In this document: in pieces, positions 48,655 through 58,015 of the stretch | How the letters are laid out: the number at the start of each line of letters is the position of its first letter | Position numbering within the stretch: position 1 is the first letter of the stretch | Assembly (NCBI GenBank): GCA_038882975.1 | Contig: JAVZNE010000004.1 | Location: 1-64,000 of the forward strand | Reading direction: 5' to 3' | Length of the DNA stretch: 64,000 nt | Origin: Candidatus Bathyarchaeia archaeon | GTDB taxonomy: Archaea > Thermoproteota > Bathyarchaeia > Bathyarchaeales > Bathycorpusculaceae | Notes under the pieces: generated by a model | The model's database searches: none | What the model was told of the DNA's origin: nothing | Seen by the model: the letters and a program-made list of their open reading frames with translations, nothing else | Position numbers and translations under genes: made by a program

Positions 48655-49689
48655 ATGTCTATTAGAAAAGCTTTGAGCATTGTTTCGCGGGTCTTGGCTC
48701 CAGATAAGCCCTATCATGTTCAATGGATGATTACGAGGAAATGCAATTATCGCTGTAGGGGATGCAACGTTTGGCGAGAGCAAGACAGCAAAGAATTGAC
48801 AACCGAAGAGATCAAACGCGGGCTGGATATTCTTCGAAAACTTGGCGTTGTGGAAGTTTTGATATCAGGCGGCAACCCGCTTTTAAGGGCAGACATCGAC
48901 GAAATAATTGAGTATGCATCACGCTATTTCTTTGTAACAGTCTATGATAACGGCAGCTTTGCAGCCAAAAAAATCGACGCTTTACGCCGTGCAAACTTTG
49001 TTGCAATTTCAATAGACAGCCTAAACCCAGAAAGAAATGATTACATAAGGGGCGTCAAAGGAGCATGGGAAAAAGCCATGGAGACTGTTGAAAAACTTCA
49101 CATGGAAGGAATTAACGTAAGCGTAACGCCAACGATTTCGCAAGCCAACCTTTACGAGATTGTCGATTTCACCAAATATTTCTTGGACAGAGGAATACCT
49201 GTCTGGTATTCTTTATACTCTTATGACTCGCCAAACCATTCAAACTCGCTTTTTAAAATAGGTAAAGCGGAAGACGCCTTCTTAATAAGGGATAAAGAAG
49301 CCATGGTTAAGGTTTGCGACGCACTTCTCGAAATGAAACAAAAGAACGACAATGTTTTAATTACAACAAAGGTTTTGGAAGCTGTTAAACACCTTTATTT
49401 AAACAACAAGAGAATTTGGAAGTGCCGCGCACTGCAGAATTTCTTTGTTATAAATCACCGAGGCGAAGTCGCCGGCTGCCACCTTCACGAACCAGTTGCC
49501 TCAATTTTTGAGCTGCCAAACCTTTGGGAAAGTGAAAGATTTGAAGCCTTTAGGAAGAAGTACAGAGATTGCGAAAGATGTGCATATCTTTGTTACATTT
49601 TTTACTCGATTCACGGAAGTGTTGCTGGCAACATTGAAATAGTTAAGGATAAGTGGCGCAGTGTAAGATTCTTCTTAAAGAGACGCTAA
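48655..49689 (+). CDS. Radical SAM protein with C-terminal SPASM/twitch-like cysteines
   Basis: CNYRCRGC, SGGNP, ISIDS; WKC...GC...CERCAYLC. Confidence 0.9.
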   Translation: MSIRKALSIVSRVLAPDKPYHVQWMITRKCNYRCRGCNVWREQDSKELTTEEIKRGLDILRKLGVVEVLISGGNPLLRADIDEIIEYASRYFFVTVYDNGSFAAKKIDALRRANFVAISIDSLNPERNDYIRGVKGAWEKAMETVEKLHMEGINVSVTPTISQANLYEIVDFTKYFLDRGIPVWYSLYSYDSPNHSNSLFKIGKAEDAFLIRDKEAMVKVCDALLEMKQKNDNVLITTKVLEAVKHLYLNNKRIWKCRALQNFFVINHRGEVAGCHLHEPVASIFELPNLWESERFEAFRKKYRDCERCAYLCYIFYSIHGSVAGNIEIVKDKWRSVRFFLKRR

Positions 49690-50666
49690 CGAGCGGCATT
49701 TAATATTTCTGAAACAGCCCTTTCAACTGCCTGGCGACTGTTCAGTTTTGGCTTCCATCCCAAGCTTTTGAGCCTATCGATTTTTAAGAGCATGACTTTT
49801 ACGTCGCCCTTCCAGCCTCTTCCTCCATCGACCCCTCCGGTAAAAACGTATTGCACATCTCTCAGTCCCATCTTTGTGCAAACAATATCTGCGATTTCCT
49901 TCACAATTATTTGGTCTTCAGAGCCAACATTGAATATGTTTACCCTTTCATTTCCTGCGTTTAAGCCTGTTAGGATGGCATCTATACAGTCCTCAACATA
50001 CAGGTAGGATTTGGTTTGAGTGCCATCACCAAGTATCTCTAGCCTATTCGGATTTTCCCTGAGCTTTTTAATGAAATCGTATATGACTCCATGCTGCGAC
50101 CTCAAACCTACAATGTTTGCCAGTCTATAGATTATGGCTTTGAAGCCGCATGTGTTGGCGTAGGCTGATATGAGGGCTTCAGCAGCCAGCTTTGAGGCAC
50201 CGTAAGTTGAGATAGGTTTTAGTGGAGCGTAATCCTCTGGGGTGGGTATTAATTCTGCATCTCCGTAAACGGTTGAGGAAGAAGTGAAAACCAAGATCTT
50301 GACCCGCCCAACTTTGCGAATCGCCTCAAGCAGGTTAAATGTTGCAAGCACATTTTGCTCATAATGAATCTTGGGGTCTTCGGAGCCAACACGAACTTCT
50401 GGGTTGGCAGCAAAATGAAAAATAATGTCACATCCCTCTATGGATCTAACAATCTCTTTGGGAGATAGCAGGTCGCCATGTATAAATTTAAAATTAGGTG
50501 CGTTTAGCCATTCCTTTACATTTTCAATTGTACCGGAGCTTAAGTTGTCAAATACAACAACTTTCAGGCCCATCTCGCACAGCTTATCAACTAAGTGGCT
50601 CCCTATGAAGCCAGCGCCTCCTGTTATAAAAACTCTTTCTAAGTTTAGGCTTGGAAACATTTTCAT
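49686..50666 (-). CDS. NAD-dependent epimerase/dehydratase (UDP-glucose 4-epimerase-like)
   Basis: TGGAGFIGSH, SSSTVYG, YGASK. Confidence 0.92.
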   Translation of the reverse strand: MKMFPSLNLERVFITGGAGFIGSHLVDKLCEMGLKVVVFDNLSSGTIENVKEWLNAPNFKFIHGDLLSPKEIVRSIEGCDIIFHFAANPEVRVGSEDPKIHYEQNVLATFNLLEAIRKVGRVKILVFTSSSTVYGDAELIPTPEDYAPLKPISTYGASKLAAEALISAYANTCGFKAIIYRLANIVGLRSQHGVIYDFIKKLRENPNRLEILGDGTQTKSYLYVEDCIDAILTGLNAGNERVNIFNVGSEDQIIVKEIADIVCTKMGLRDVQYVFTGGVDGGRGWKGDVKVMLLKIDRLKSLGWKPKLNSRQAVERAVSEILNAAR

Positions 50667-50712
50667 CCTTCAGCGGATTTCATATTTCAAAAAGGCTCTC
50701 GGCGTATTTATT

Positions 50713-51738
50713 TTATTGCTTCCCCCTTTTTCTTGCCAATGCCAACCATAAATGATCGCATTCTGGGCGCGGAAGACTTGTTAGGCGATTATCTCTGTGA
50801 ACCATTAGACGCTTTCTCGGGTTGCTTAAAAACTCGCCAATAACAGAAGCCTCAATCTTCTCCATTTTCAATTTCTCAATGACAAGTTCTGTGCATTCCG
50901 GCTTTGCCGCAATAAGCATAGCTCCAGAACTTATCAGCTGTAACGGATCTATTACCAGAAGTCTGCAGATTTCCGCCGTTTCTTCCGCCACCGGAACTTC
51001 TTCTTCAAAAACTTTAACGCCGAGGTTTGAGGCATCTGCCATTTCATGGATGCCTCCGAGGACACCGCCTTCCGTTGGGTCGTGCATTGCTTCTACTCCA
51101 CCTGTTTTAAAGGCTGTAATACCATCTTTAACAACGCTTATTCTCTCAAAAAACTTCTGTGCAGACTTTAACAGCTTATCATCGGCACCCATATTTAGAA
51201 GCAGATTATAACGTTCAGTTGCAAGTATGGCTGTTCCTTCTATGCCAGCACTCTTTGTTAAAATGAGTTTGTCTCCCGGCTTGGCTCCACCAGCTGTGAC
51301 GTAACACCCCTTATCTGTTATTCCTAGGGCGCATCCTATAACAACTGGATTGGCAAGTCCAGGCGTTACCTCGCAGTGCCCACCAGTAATTGCCATTTTC
51401 AAATCTTTTGCAGCGGCATCCATCTGAGAACAGATAACCTCTATGATTTTTCGATCAGCATTTTCTGGAAGGAGTATGCATGAAAGGAAAAACGCTGGTT
51501 CCACACCGAAAGTGGCAACATCATTCGCATTGATGTTCACCGCAAGCCAGCCAATACGCTCAACAGCTCCAGTAATGGGATCCATCGAAGCTACTAGGGA
51601 TCTCTTGCCCAAATCTATGACTGCGCCGTCAAAACCAACTGAAGGCCCGAGGACAACTTCCGTCCGTTTAAATCCCAAATTTTTAAAGACAACCTCTGTA
51701 AGTATTTCGACAGGGATCTTTCCCATGGGCAACTTCAT
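50713..51738 (-). CDS. AIR-synthase-family (PurM/HypE/ThiL superfamily) protein
   Basis: DPITG, NANDVA, GGHCE, MHDPTEGG; no HypE C-terminal PRxC. Confidence 0.85.
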   Translation of the reverse strand: MKLPMGKIPVEILTEVVFKNLGFKRTEVVLGPSVGFDGAVIDLGKRSLVASMDPITGAVERIGWLAVNINANDVATFGVEPAFFLSCILLPENADRKIIEVICSQMDAAAKDLKMAITGGHCEVTPGLANPVVIGCALGITDKGCYVTAGGAKPGDKLILTKSAGIEGTAILATERYNLLLNMGADDKLLKSAQKFFERISVVKDGITAFKTGGVEAMHDPTEGGVLGGIHEMADASNLGVKVFEEEVPVAEETAEICRLLVIDPLQLISSGAMLIAAKPECTELVIEKLKMEKIEASVIGEFLSNPRKRLMVHRDNRLTSLPRPECDHLWLALARKRGKQ

Positions 51739-51761
51739 TTTTAGCCCTTTTCAAAGTTCCT

Positions 51762-52481
51762 TTAGATTTTAAATATCCTTTGTGCATTTTGCTCTAAGAC
51801 CATATCAAGCTGCTTTTTTGTTAAACCAGCAACTTCAACTTTTTTAATTTCAAAGGCAGGGTGGCCGAAAGGCATATCAGACCCGTAAATAACTCTGTTC
51901 TCACCGATTTTTAAAACAGCCTCCTTTATTTTGCTATGCATAGGCATCGCAGATGTTTCTAGTATTATGTTTTCATGTTTTTGTGCAACTTCTATGGCTC
52001 CGTTAATGTAAACTATATGCCCGTGGCCCATGTGGCCCAAAATAATTGAGACATCTGGGTACACGTCAGCTAAGTTTCCGAAGTGCCACGGCAAAGACCA
52101 TGGTGGATGACCGCAATGAAAAAGAACTGGCACCTTATATTTACGAGCTTGATCCATTATAGGGTAAATGATGTCTTGATCCGGCAAGTACGCGTTAAGT
52201 AAGGGGTGCATCTTTATTCCTCTGAAACCCCATTTGTTAATTGCTTTGTCTACTAGTTTCACAGCATCTTCGCCGTCGTGGGGGTTGACCCAGACAAGGC
52301 CCACAAGTTTCTCTGGATATAACTTAATTGCGTTTTGGGTCAATTGATTTGGTAAGGAAAAGACTATACACTTTTTTATGTTGCATTCATCCATAATACG
52401 CAGCATTCCTTCAACGTCTAATTCAACGTTGAAAACGGGAAATTTGCCAAGATGAGTGTGGGAGTCTATAACCATCATCAA
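51762..52481 (-). CDS. Amidohydrolase_2 family metallohydrolase
   Basis: DSHTH, GIKMH, FHCG, GHMG, YGSD. Confidence 0.88.
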   Translation of the reverse strand: MMMVIDSHTHLGKFPVFNVELDVEGMLRIMDECNIKKCIVFSLPNQLTQNAIKLYPEKLVGLVWVNPHDGEDAVKLVDKAINKWGFRGIKMHPLLNAYLPDQDIIYPIMDQARKYKVPVLFHCGHPPWSLPWHFGNLADVYPDVSIILGHMGHGHIVYINGAIEVAQKHENIILETSAMPMHSKIKEAVLKIGENRVIYGSDMPFGHPAFEIKKVEVAGLTKKQLDMVLEQNAQRIFKI

Positions 52482-52516
52482 TCCTCCACATTTAACTCGG
52501 TTTTAGGCCACTAATT

Positions 52517-53056
52517 TTATAGCAAGTATTCTATTTTTAGTGATCGCCTTAATATTAACAAAATCGGCACCGTCACGATAATGTCTATAGCGCTTAGAGG
52601 GAAAAATGTGATTAAGTCTAAATACGCTACAGGACCAAACAAAAAGAAATCATAAAGAAAATAACCTACGTTTTTCTCGATTGCGGCGAAAACCATTGCT
52701 AGAAGTTCGGAACGTCTCGGTTGTGTTGGAAATAAGCGCCTTAAACTGCCCAGCAGAAAACCCATGAAACCGCGAATAACTATTGTTGCCGGAGCCCACT
52801 GTATAAAACTACTACCCCACAGGGGATTCCAAACATCAAAGAGCATGGCACCAACACCACATGCGAATAATCCTACAAGAGGCCCACAGAGAATGGCCGC
52901 TATAAAAGATGCGATGTCTCCCAGATGCCAAACCCCTAAAGGTTTTGGCATAGGAACAGATATGGCTGTCATGGCGTAAACAAGTGCTGTCATGACACCC
53001 ATAGTTGCTATACCTTTTGAAGGTGACACGTTTACACGGAATACTCTCGCGTTCAC
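52517..53056 (-). CDS. ECF transporter S component
   Basis: TALVYAMT, WHLGD, GVGAMLFD, WAPATIVIRG; 5-6 TM. Confidence 0.82.
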   Translation of the reverse strand: MNARVFRVNVSPSKGIATMGVMTALVYAMTAISVPMPKPLGVWHLGDIASFIAAILCGPLVGLFACGVGAMLFDVWNPLWGSSFIQWAPATIVIRGFMGFLLGSLRRLFPTQPRRSELLAMVFAAIEKNVGYFLYDFFLFGPVAYLDLITFFPLSAIDIIVTVPILLILRRSLKIEYLL

Positions 53057-53084
53057 GTTTTATCCCACATGCGTTGGGAAATTT

Positions 53085-53112
53085 AGTTAAGATATAACTT
53101 TACTATATAAAG
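53085..53112. promoter_or_regulatory. Two overlapping palindromes at the TATA box upstream of the ECF S gene
   Basis: AGTTA-N5-TAACT (53085-53099) and CTTTA-N5-TAAAG (53098-53112); TTTATATA on the minus strand. Confidence 0.4.
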
Positions 53113-53149
53113 ATTTAGCTTAACCAAAAAATGAAAGTTATGAAGATTA

Positions 53150-54553
53150 TTACAACAGAAGTTTTAAGTCATCCAGTGCAGTCAAAACTTTTCTCCCACG
53201 CCTCGTTATTTTGTAGTGTTTCCTACCGTTTTTTATGCAGCTTACCACCAATCCTCTTCGGGACAGTTCATTTAGGTGTTGGTATATGGCGGCTCTTGTC
53301 ATTGTTTTTCCGAGTTTTTTCCATAAATCGTAGCCATAGGTGTCCCTTTCACTTAAGATCCTAAGTATTTTCGCTTTTGTACTTACTTCCAATCCAATAA
53401 CTGCTGTTTTCTTTTTCTTTGTTAAAGCTTGAAGGATGTCTGTTGCTTTTAGACCGCTTCCAGTTATTAAGCATACAACCTTGTCTTTTTTGTCGATAAC
53501 CCGCTCGTTCATAAGTTTCTTGAACGCCGCATACGTTGCTGCGCTTGCTGGTTCGGCGAAGATGCCTTCATGTTTTGCGATTTCTTGTTCTGCTGAGAAG
53601 ATTTCTTCATCTGAAACCGCTATGGCGGTTCCTTTAGATTCTTTGATGGCTTTAAGGGCCAGTTTGCCATACCATGGTTTTTTAACGAGGATGGCGAGCG
53701 CGTGAGTCGAAGGTTTTGTTTTGAGGGCTGGCTCTTGAATGTTTTGCAGGTATGCGTTTACAATTGGTGAGCATCCTTCTGCTTGAACGCCGACCATCCT
53801 TGGAATGGATTTTATTTCGCCTCTTATTTCAAGCTCTTTATAGCCTTTCCAGACGGCATATAGTGTTCCGCCGCTTCCCATGGAGGCTATAAACCAGTCT
53901 GGAACGCCTATTTGCTCGTAAACTTCGTAAGCTATGGTTTTTAGGGCTTCCATAGATAGCGGGTTAAATTCGGCGGATCCTTGATACCAGCCCATTTCTT
54001 TGGCTAGTTTGTCTGCCCTTTTCAGCGAGTCGTCTACTATTTCCCCATATTCCTCGATTACAGCGTCGTAGATGAGCATTTGGGCAAGTTTTCCCATATC
54101 CACGTTTTTCGGCACTACAACATGGCATGTTAATCCAGACTTTGCACAGTATGCAGCCAAAGAAGCCCCAAGATTTCCATTTGTGGCACAGACAACTGAC
54201 CCATACCCTAAATCTACGGCGTTGGAAATAATTAAGGCTGCACACCTATCCCTAAAGGAATTTGTTGGGTTTCGCGTCTCATCCTTAAAATGTAGATTGC
54301 TTAGCCCAACGTTTTTGGCAAGCCTTCTCGCCTTAATGAGTGGGGTTCCCCCCTCTCCCATGGAAATAACATTTCTAACTTTTGGCAGAAGTTTCTTGTA
54401 ACGCCAAAAAGTGAAGGCGCCGACAAATCTCGCTTTTTTGAGCGTTTCATCATCGCACTTGCACTCTAGTGGACTGCCACATTCCTTACAAATATGCTGT
54501 GGAGGATAAACCTCAAATTTTGCACCGCAAACCGTACACACCAGATAAAACAT
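53150..54553 (-). CDS. Threonine-synthase-like fold (PLP Lys replaced by Arg) fused to PadR-type wHTH
   Basis: N-terminal Zn ribbon, GEGGTPL, NPTNSFRDR, EPASAA, TGSGLK, then ILRILSERDTYGYDL...IYQHLNELSRRGLV...YKITRRG. Confidence 0.88.
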   Translation of the reverse strand: MFYLVCTVCGAKFEVYPPQHICKECGSPLECKCDDETLKKARFVGAFTFWRYKKLLPKVRNVISMGEGGTPLIKARRLAKNVGLSNLHFKDETRNPTNSFRDRCAALIISNAVDLGYGSVVCATNGNLGASLAAYCAKSGLTCHVVVPKNVDMGKLAQMLIYDAVIEEYGEIVDDSLKRADKLAKEMGWYQGSAEFNPLSMEALKTIAYEVYEQIGVPDWFIASMGSGGTLYAVWKGYKELEIRGEIKSIPRMVGVQAEGCSPIVNAYLQNIQEPALKTKPSTHALAILVKKPWYGKLALKAIKESKGTAIAVSDEEIFSAEQEIAKHEGIFAEPASAATYAAFKKLMNERVIDKKDKVVCLITGSGLKATDILQALTKKKKTAVIGLEVSTKAKILRILSERDTYGYDLWKKLGKTMTRAAIYQHLNELSRRGLVVSCIKNGRKHYKITRRGRKVLTALDDLKLLL

Positions 54554-54626
54554 TATGCAACCTCGTCTCATTTTTCTAACAGTTAGATTTAGCGATCATG
54601 TCTATGAGGCTTTCTAAATTTTAGAT

Positions 54627-54875
54627 TTAGGGCTCTAAACCTGGAAGGATGGCAATTATTTCTGCAACTCGCCTCACAATTGCCCAGTCAAATTTAACAT
54701 CGCTTTCTATATTAACTAATAGACCAATTACGTGCTCTTCATTTTCCAATTTTCTTGGACCCGCATCCTTTGGCTTTTTCAGCTCCATAATTGCTGGCAA
54801 AAGCATAATGATGATGAAGGTTATAACTCCAAAAAACAAAATTACAGCCGACGTTAAAGCCGAATTCTGTACCAT
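54627..54875 (-). CDS. Small membrane protein
   Basis: One TM helix, ELKKPKDAGPR; RBS AGGTAGAG. Confidence 0.65.
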   Translation of the reverse strand: MVQNSALTSAVILFFGVITFIIIMLLPAIMELKKPKDAGPRKLENEEHVIGLLVNIESDVKFDWAIVRRVAEIIAILPGLEP

Positions 54876-54886
54876 TCTCTACCTTT

Positions 54887-56194
54887 CTAAAGTTTTGATA
54901 CGTTCATAATATAACAGTTTCCATTGCCCGAATGCTCAGTTTTCACCCAGTAGTTGTTGTTTTTCCTTGTAATCTTTGAAATGAGAATGTCGATGAGGGC
55001 TTTTGTGCATATGGGAATGTTGTATAAAAGAATGAAGAAGAGTAGAGGAATAAGCCACTGTGCCCTCTTTCTGCCGTCGAGATAAGCCCCAACGCCAATT
55101 TCATAAAATGGGGCAAAGTTTCCAACTGAACTGTAAAGGGCGATGGAGGATGTTGTCCAGAAGGAGGCGGTCCATTGTGAAAATTTCAGAAAGGTTAACG
55201 CCACTCCAATTAATAAAGAAAAAAGGACGACTACGGGGAGAAAATAGACGCTGAGTAGGAGTAATCCGTCAATTTTCTCCTTAGGCCCAATTTTTTTGCT
55301 TTTTAGAACTTTTAGCCAATGTTTGAAGGCGCATTGCATATGCCCTTTAGCCCATCTGTATCGCTGCTTCCAGTAGGCTCGCCAATTTTCAACAGCCTCC
55401 TCATAGCACTCCGCGTCACCAGCATACTTAACCTTGTAACCAGCGAGATAAACGCGGAAAGTTAAATCTGTGTCCTCTGCCAGAATGTTTTCATCCCATC
55501 CGCCGAGGGATTCTAAAAGTGTGCGCCTAAATCCTCCAACAGTTCCTCCGAACTGTGTTATTAAGCCGAGGCTGTCGCGGGCTTCTTGGTCAACACGGTA
55601 TCCGCCTATCCTCTCAAGGGCAACAAGCCTTGTGACAATGTTCTGCGGCTCGTTCAACACAACAACTCTGCCCTGAACGGCTCCAACTTTCGGGTCATCA
55701 AACTCTTTCACAAGTTTCTCTACAATGTCTCTTTGCGGGTAATAGTCAGCATCAAAGCATAGGACTATTTCGCCGTCAGCTGACTTCATTCCAGCGTTTA
55801 GAGCGGCAGCCTTCCCACGTCCACCCTCCTCTTTACTTCTCTCCACAACAATTATGTAAGGGTGCAGCTTCGAATACTTTTCCGCTATGATTCCTGTCTT
55901 ATCTGTTGAAGCATCATTTATCACTATTACTTGCAACTTATCCTTTGGGTATGTCAGCTCTGTCATTCTTTGAAGAATCCTTCCAATGACGCGTTCTTCG
56001 TTGCGGGCAGGTATTAGAATTGAAACTTTTGGCTTGTAAGTCGTTTCCGCACTTATGGCTCTAGAACTTCCATTTTTCTTTGGTCTCTTAGCAACAGTTA
56101 TAGTGAAAATGTAGTGGCGAACAAGGTATGCCGCCATTAAAGCCGTCGATAAAATGAGCAAAGCTTCCAAAATTTCTATTACCAAGCTTTCCAC
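54887..56194 (-). CDS. Processive family 2 glycosyltransferase (IcaA/PgaC/BcsA-like)
   Basis: PARNE, DASTD, GKAAALN, FDAD, AED, QRYRW; N- and C-terminal TM helices. Confidence 0.9.
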   Translation of the reverse strand: MESLVIEILEALLILSTALMAAYLVRHYIFTITVAKRPKKNGSSRAISAETTYKPKVSILIPARNEERVIGRILQRMTELTYPKDKLQVIVINDASTDKTGIIAEKYSKLHPYIIVVERSKEEGGRGKAAALNAGMKSADGEIVLCFDADYYPQRDIVEKLVKEFDDPKVGAVQGRVVVLNEPQNIVTRLVALERIGGYRVDQEARDSLGLITQFGGTVGGFRRTLLESLGGWDENILAEDTDLTFRVYLAGYKVKYAGDAECYEEAVENWRAYWKQRYRWAKGHMQCAFKHWLKVLKSKKIGPKEKIDGLLLLSVYFLPVVVLFSLLIGVALTFLKFSQWTASFWTTSSIALYSSVGNFAPFYEIGVGAYLDGRKRAQWLIPLLFFILLYNIPICTKALIDILISKITRKNNNYWVKTEHSGNGNCYIMNVSKL

Positions 56195-56673
56195 CGCTTT
56201 CTTTCTTCCTTCTCAGCCAAAAAGGTTAAACTTGTGGACCAAAATGCTATAACCCACAAAGCGTTTAACAGCGGACTTAAAATAACATATAAAGCATTAA
56301 ATATCCCATCCGATTGCCCAACAATCGAGTGAGCGAACAAGTAGAAGAGGATACTCCAAATTAAACTCAGGATGTTGCCTAACAAATATATTGCCACTTT
56401 TCTCGCCCAAGACCCCTTTAAGGGCACAAGAATGAGCAGAAATAGGAGATTGTATGTGAACAATGTTTGGGCGGTTTCCCAAGTTATTGGGATAAGCCCA
56501 TAAAGAATCACGAGAACGAAAGCCATAGTGATCATAGAGCTGAAAATTAATATTTTCAAGCTCTCCAATCCCCGCGCGTACGATTTGGATTCGAATATGG
56601 ATTCTAGCTCTAGAGGAATGTTATAGAAGTTTCCTTTATACTTTAAAAAATTTACCAAAGTTCTGCTCGCCAA
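56179..56673 (-). CDS. Hypothetical 4-TM membrane protein
   Basis: Hydrophobic ORF overlapping the GT2 start; true start probably downstream of 56673. Confidence 0.6.
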   Translation of the reverse strand: MASRTLVNFLKYKGNFYNIPLELESIFESKSYARGLESLKILIFSSMITMAFVLVILYGLIPITWETAQTLFTYNLLFLLILVPLKGSWARKVAIYLLGNILSLIWSILFYLFAHSIVGQSDGIFNALYVILSPLLNALWVIAFWSTSLTFLAEKEERKRWKAW

Positions 56674-57241
56674 AAACCAGCTTGTCCAAAACCATGCTTA
56701 AGACTTGAAAAACTTCTTCGGCGGACAAATTGTCAGTGTCCAATATTAAATGGAACGGAGTGAAATCCTCACCTAATTTGAAACCGTAAAGCTTCCTATA
56801 GATTAATTTTGTCTTCTCTTCTTTCTTTTTTAAGGCTTTTAATGCCTCTTTCACGGTTATTTTGTCTCTTTTGGCTACCCTTTCAGCCCTTTTTCTAGGC
56901 GAAGCCTCAAGCCATATCTTAAACCCTTTTTCGAGAAGCCATGGCATCGTCCAACTGTCTAGGACTACGTTTCCCTGTTTTGCAATTTCCAAAAGCTTCT
57001 GGTCTACAGCCTTGTCAAACTCTGGGTTCTTCTCCCTTTTCTCTAAGAATGATAAGCCTTCCTTGCTTTCCCACCAACCGTGCTCCGCTGGCTTATGGCC
57101 CTTTTCCAAAGCCAAAGCCTTTAAGGCATCCCCGCCGGAATAGTACTTAAGTCCATACTTTTCAGCCAGTTTTTTAGCCAGAGTGCTTTTTCCACTTCCA
57201 GCCATTCCACAAACACAAATAATTAATGGTTCCTTTGCCAT
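56636..57241 (-). CDS. cmk: Cytidylate kinase (archaeal type)
   Basis: GMAGSGKST, DKAVD, RAERVAKRD, YRKLYG; follows rpl34e. Confidence 0.92.
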   Translation of the reverse strand: MAKEPLIICVCGMAGSGKSTLAKKLAEKYGLKYYSGGDALKALALEKGHKPAEHGWWESKEGLSFLEKREKNPEFDKAVDQKLLEIAKQGNVVLDSWTMPWLLEKGFKIWLEASPRKRAERVAKRDKITVKEALKALKKKEEKTKLIYRKLYGFKLGEDFTPFHLILDTDNLSAEEVFQVLSMVLDKLVFGEQNFGKFFKV

Positions 57242-57251
57242 ACTAAAAGCC

Positions 57252-57530
57252 TCATGCGGCACTAGGTGTTCGTGCCGCTTGTTTTAGGGCTGCTTTTAGG
57301 CAGTTGTGGCAAAGATGCCCGCCATAGATCCTTGAAATGCTTCTCTTTGTCTTGTTAAGTTTCCTTGCCTCGTAGGGCAGCAGACGAGGAACCCCAGCGA
57401 GAGGTTTGCCGCATCGGGCACAACCGCCACCCTTGGGAACTTCACGTTTAAAATGTACGCCAGTACGTCCTCCGGGCAACGCCTTAAAAACGCGCTTACA
57501 ACTGCGAGTACGCCGAGCTGGTCTAGGCAT
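57252..57530 (-). CDS. rpl34e: 50S ribosomal protein eL34
   Basis: LPGGR, CARCG, RIYGGHLCHNC. Confidence 0.93.
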   Translation of the reverse strand: MPRPARRTRSCKRVFKALPGGRTGVHFKREVPKGGGCARCGKPLAGVPRLLPYEARKLNKTKRSISRIYGGHLCHNCLKAALKQAARTPSAA

Positions 57531-57535
57531 ACTGA

Positions 57536-58003
57536 TCACTCCACACTTGTAAGTCCTAATAGATGGGAGAATAGCGTGCTGAAAAGGAAGGAGCATAGAA
57601 GGTACCACCAGAACAGAGGTGGAAGCCAAAGTAATTGGGGACCTATTCCTGGAAAATACGCCATTGGCGGTTTATTGATATATGTATTGTTTAAGAAGAA
57701 CCAAACTATCATTAAGGGGATGAAGAAGAGGAATGACACTTTCATTGATTGCCAAGACATTTTCGCCTGCAGCTGTAGTACATACTGCTGTTTTTTCATA
57801 AGCTTCTCCATCTGCTTTTTATTCCCGCTTTTCCGGGCTTCCCGTAATTGTTCATTCCACTCGGCGATTTCCTTTCTCCAAGCCTTTGTTTTTTCGGGAT
57901 CTGTTGTTAGACGATTTGCAAGGGAAATTAGAAATGATATTGTGGCTGCGAGGAGGAAAATGAAAAACGTTGAGCCCGGAGGTTCTGTTGGTAAGAAGGA
58001 CAT
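57536..58003 (-). CDS. DUF106 EMC3/TMCO1-family membrane insertase
   Basis: TM, coiled coil, TM, WYLLCS; conserved position after secY. Confidence 0.88.
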   Translation of the reverse strand: MSFLPTEPPGSTFFIFLLAATISFLISLANRLTTDPEKTKAWRKEIAEWNEQLREARKSGNKKQMEKLMKKQQYVLQLQAKMSWQSMKVSFLFFIPLMIVWFFLNNTYINKPPMAYFPGIGPQLLWLPPLFWWYLLCSFLFSTLFSHLLGLTSVE

Positions 58004-58015
58004 AGCCTTCCTCCA

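Noticed and set aside
50713-51738. Calling the AIR-synthase-family gene hypE
   Set aside because: It lacks the C-terminal PR(I/V)C required for HypE and is not next to other hyp genes.
53150-54553. Calling this gene a plain thrC
   Set aside because: The PLP-binding lysine is Arg and there is an extra DNA-binding domain.
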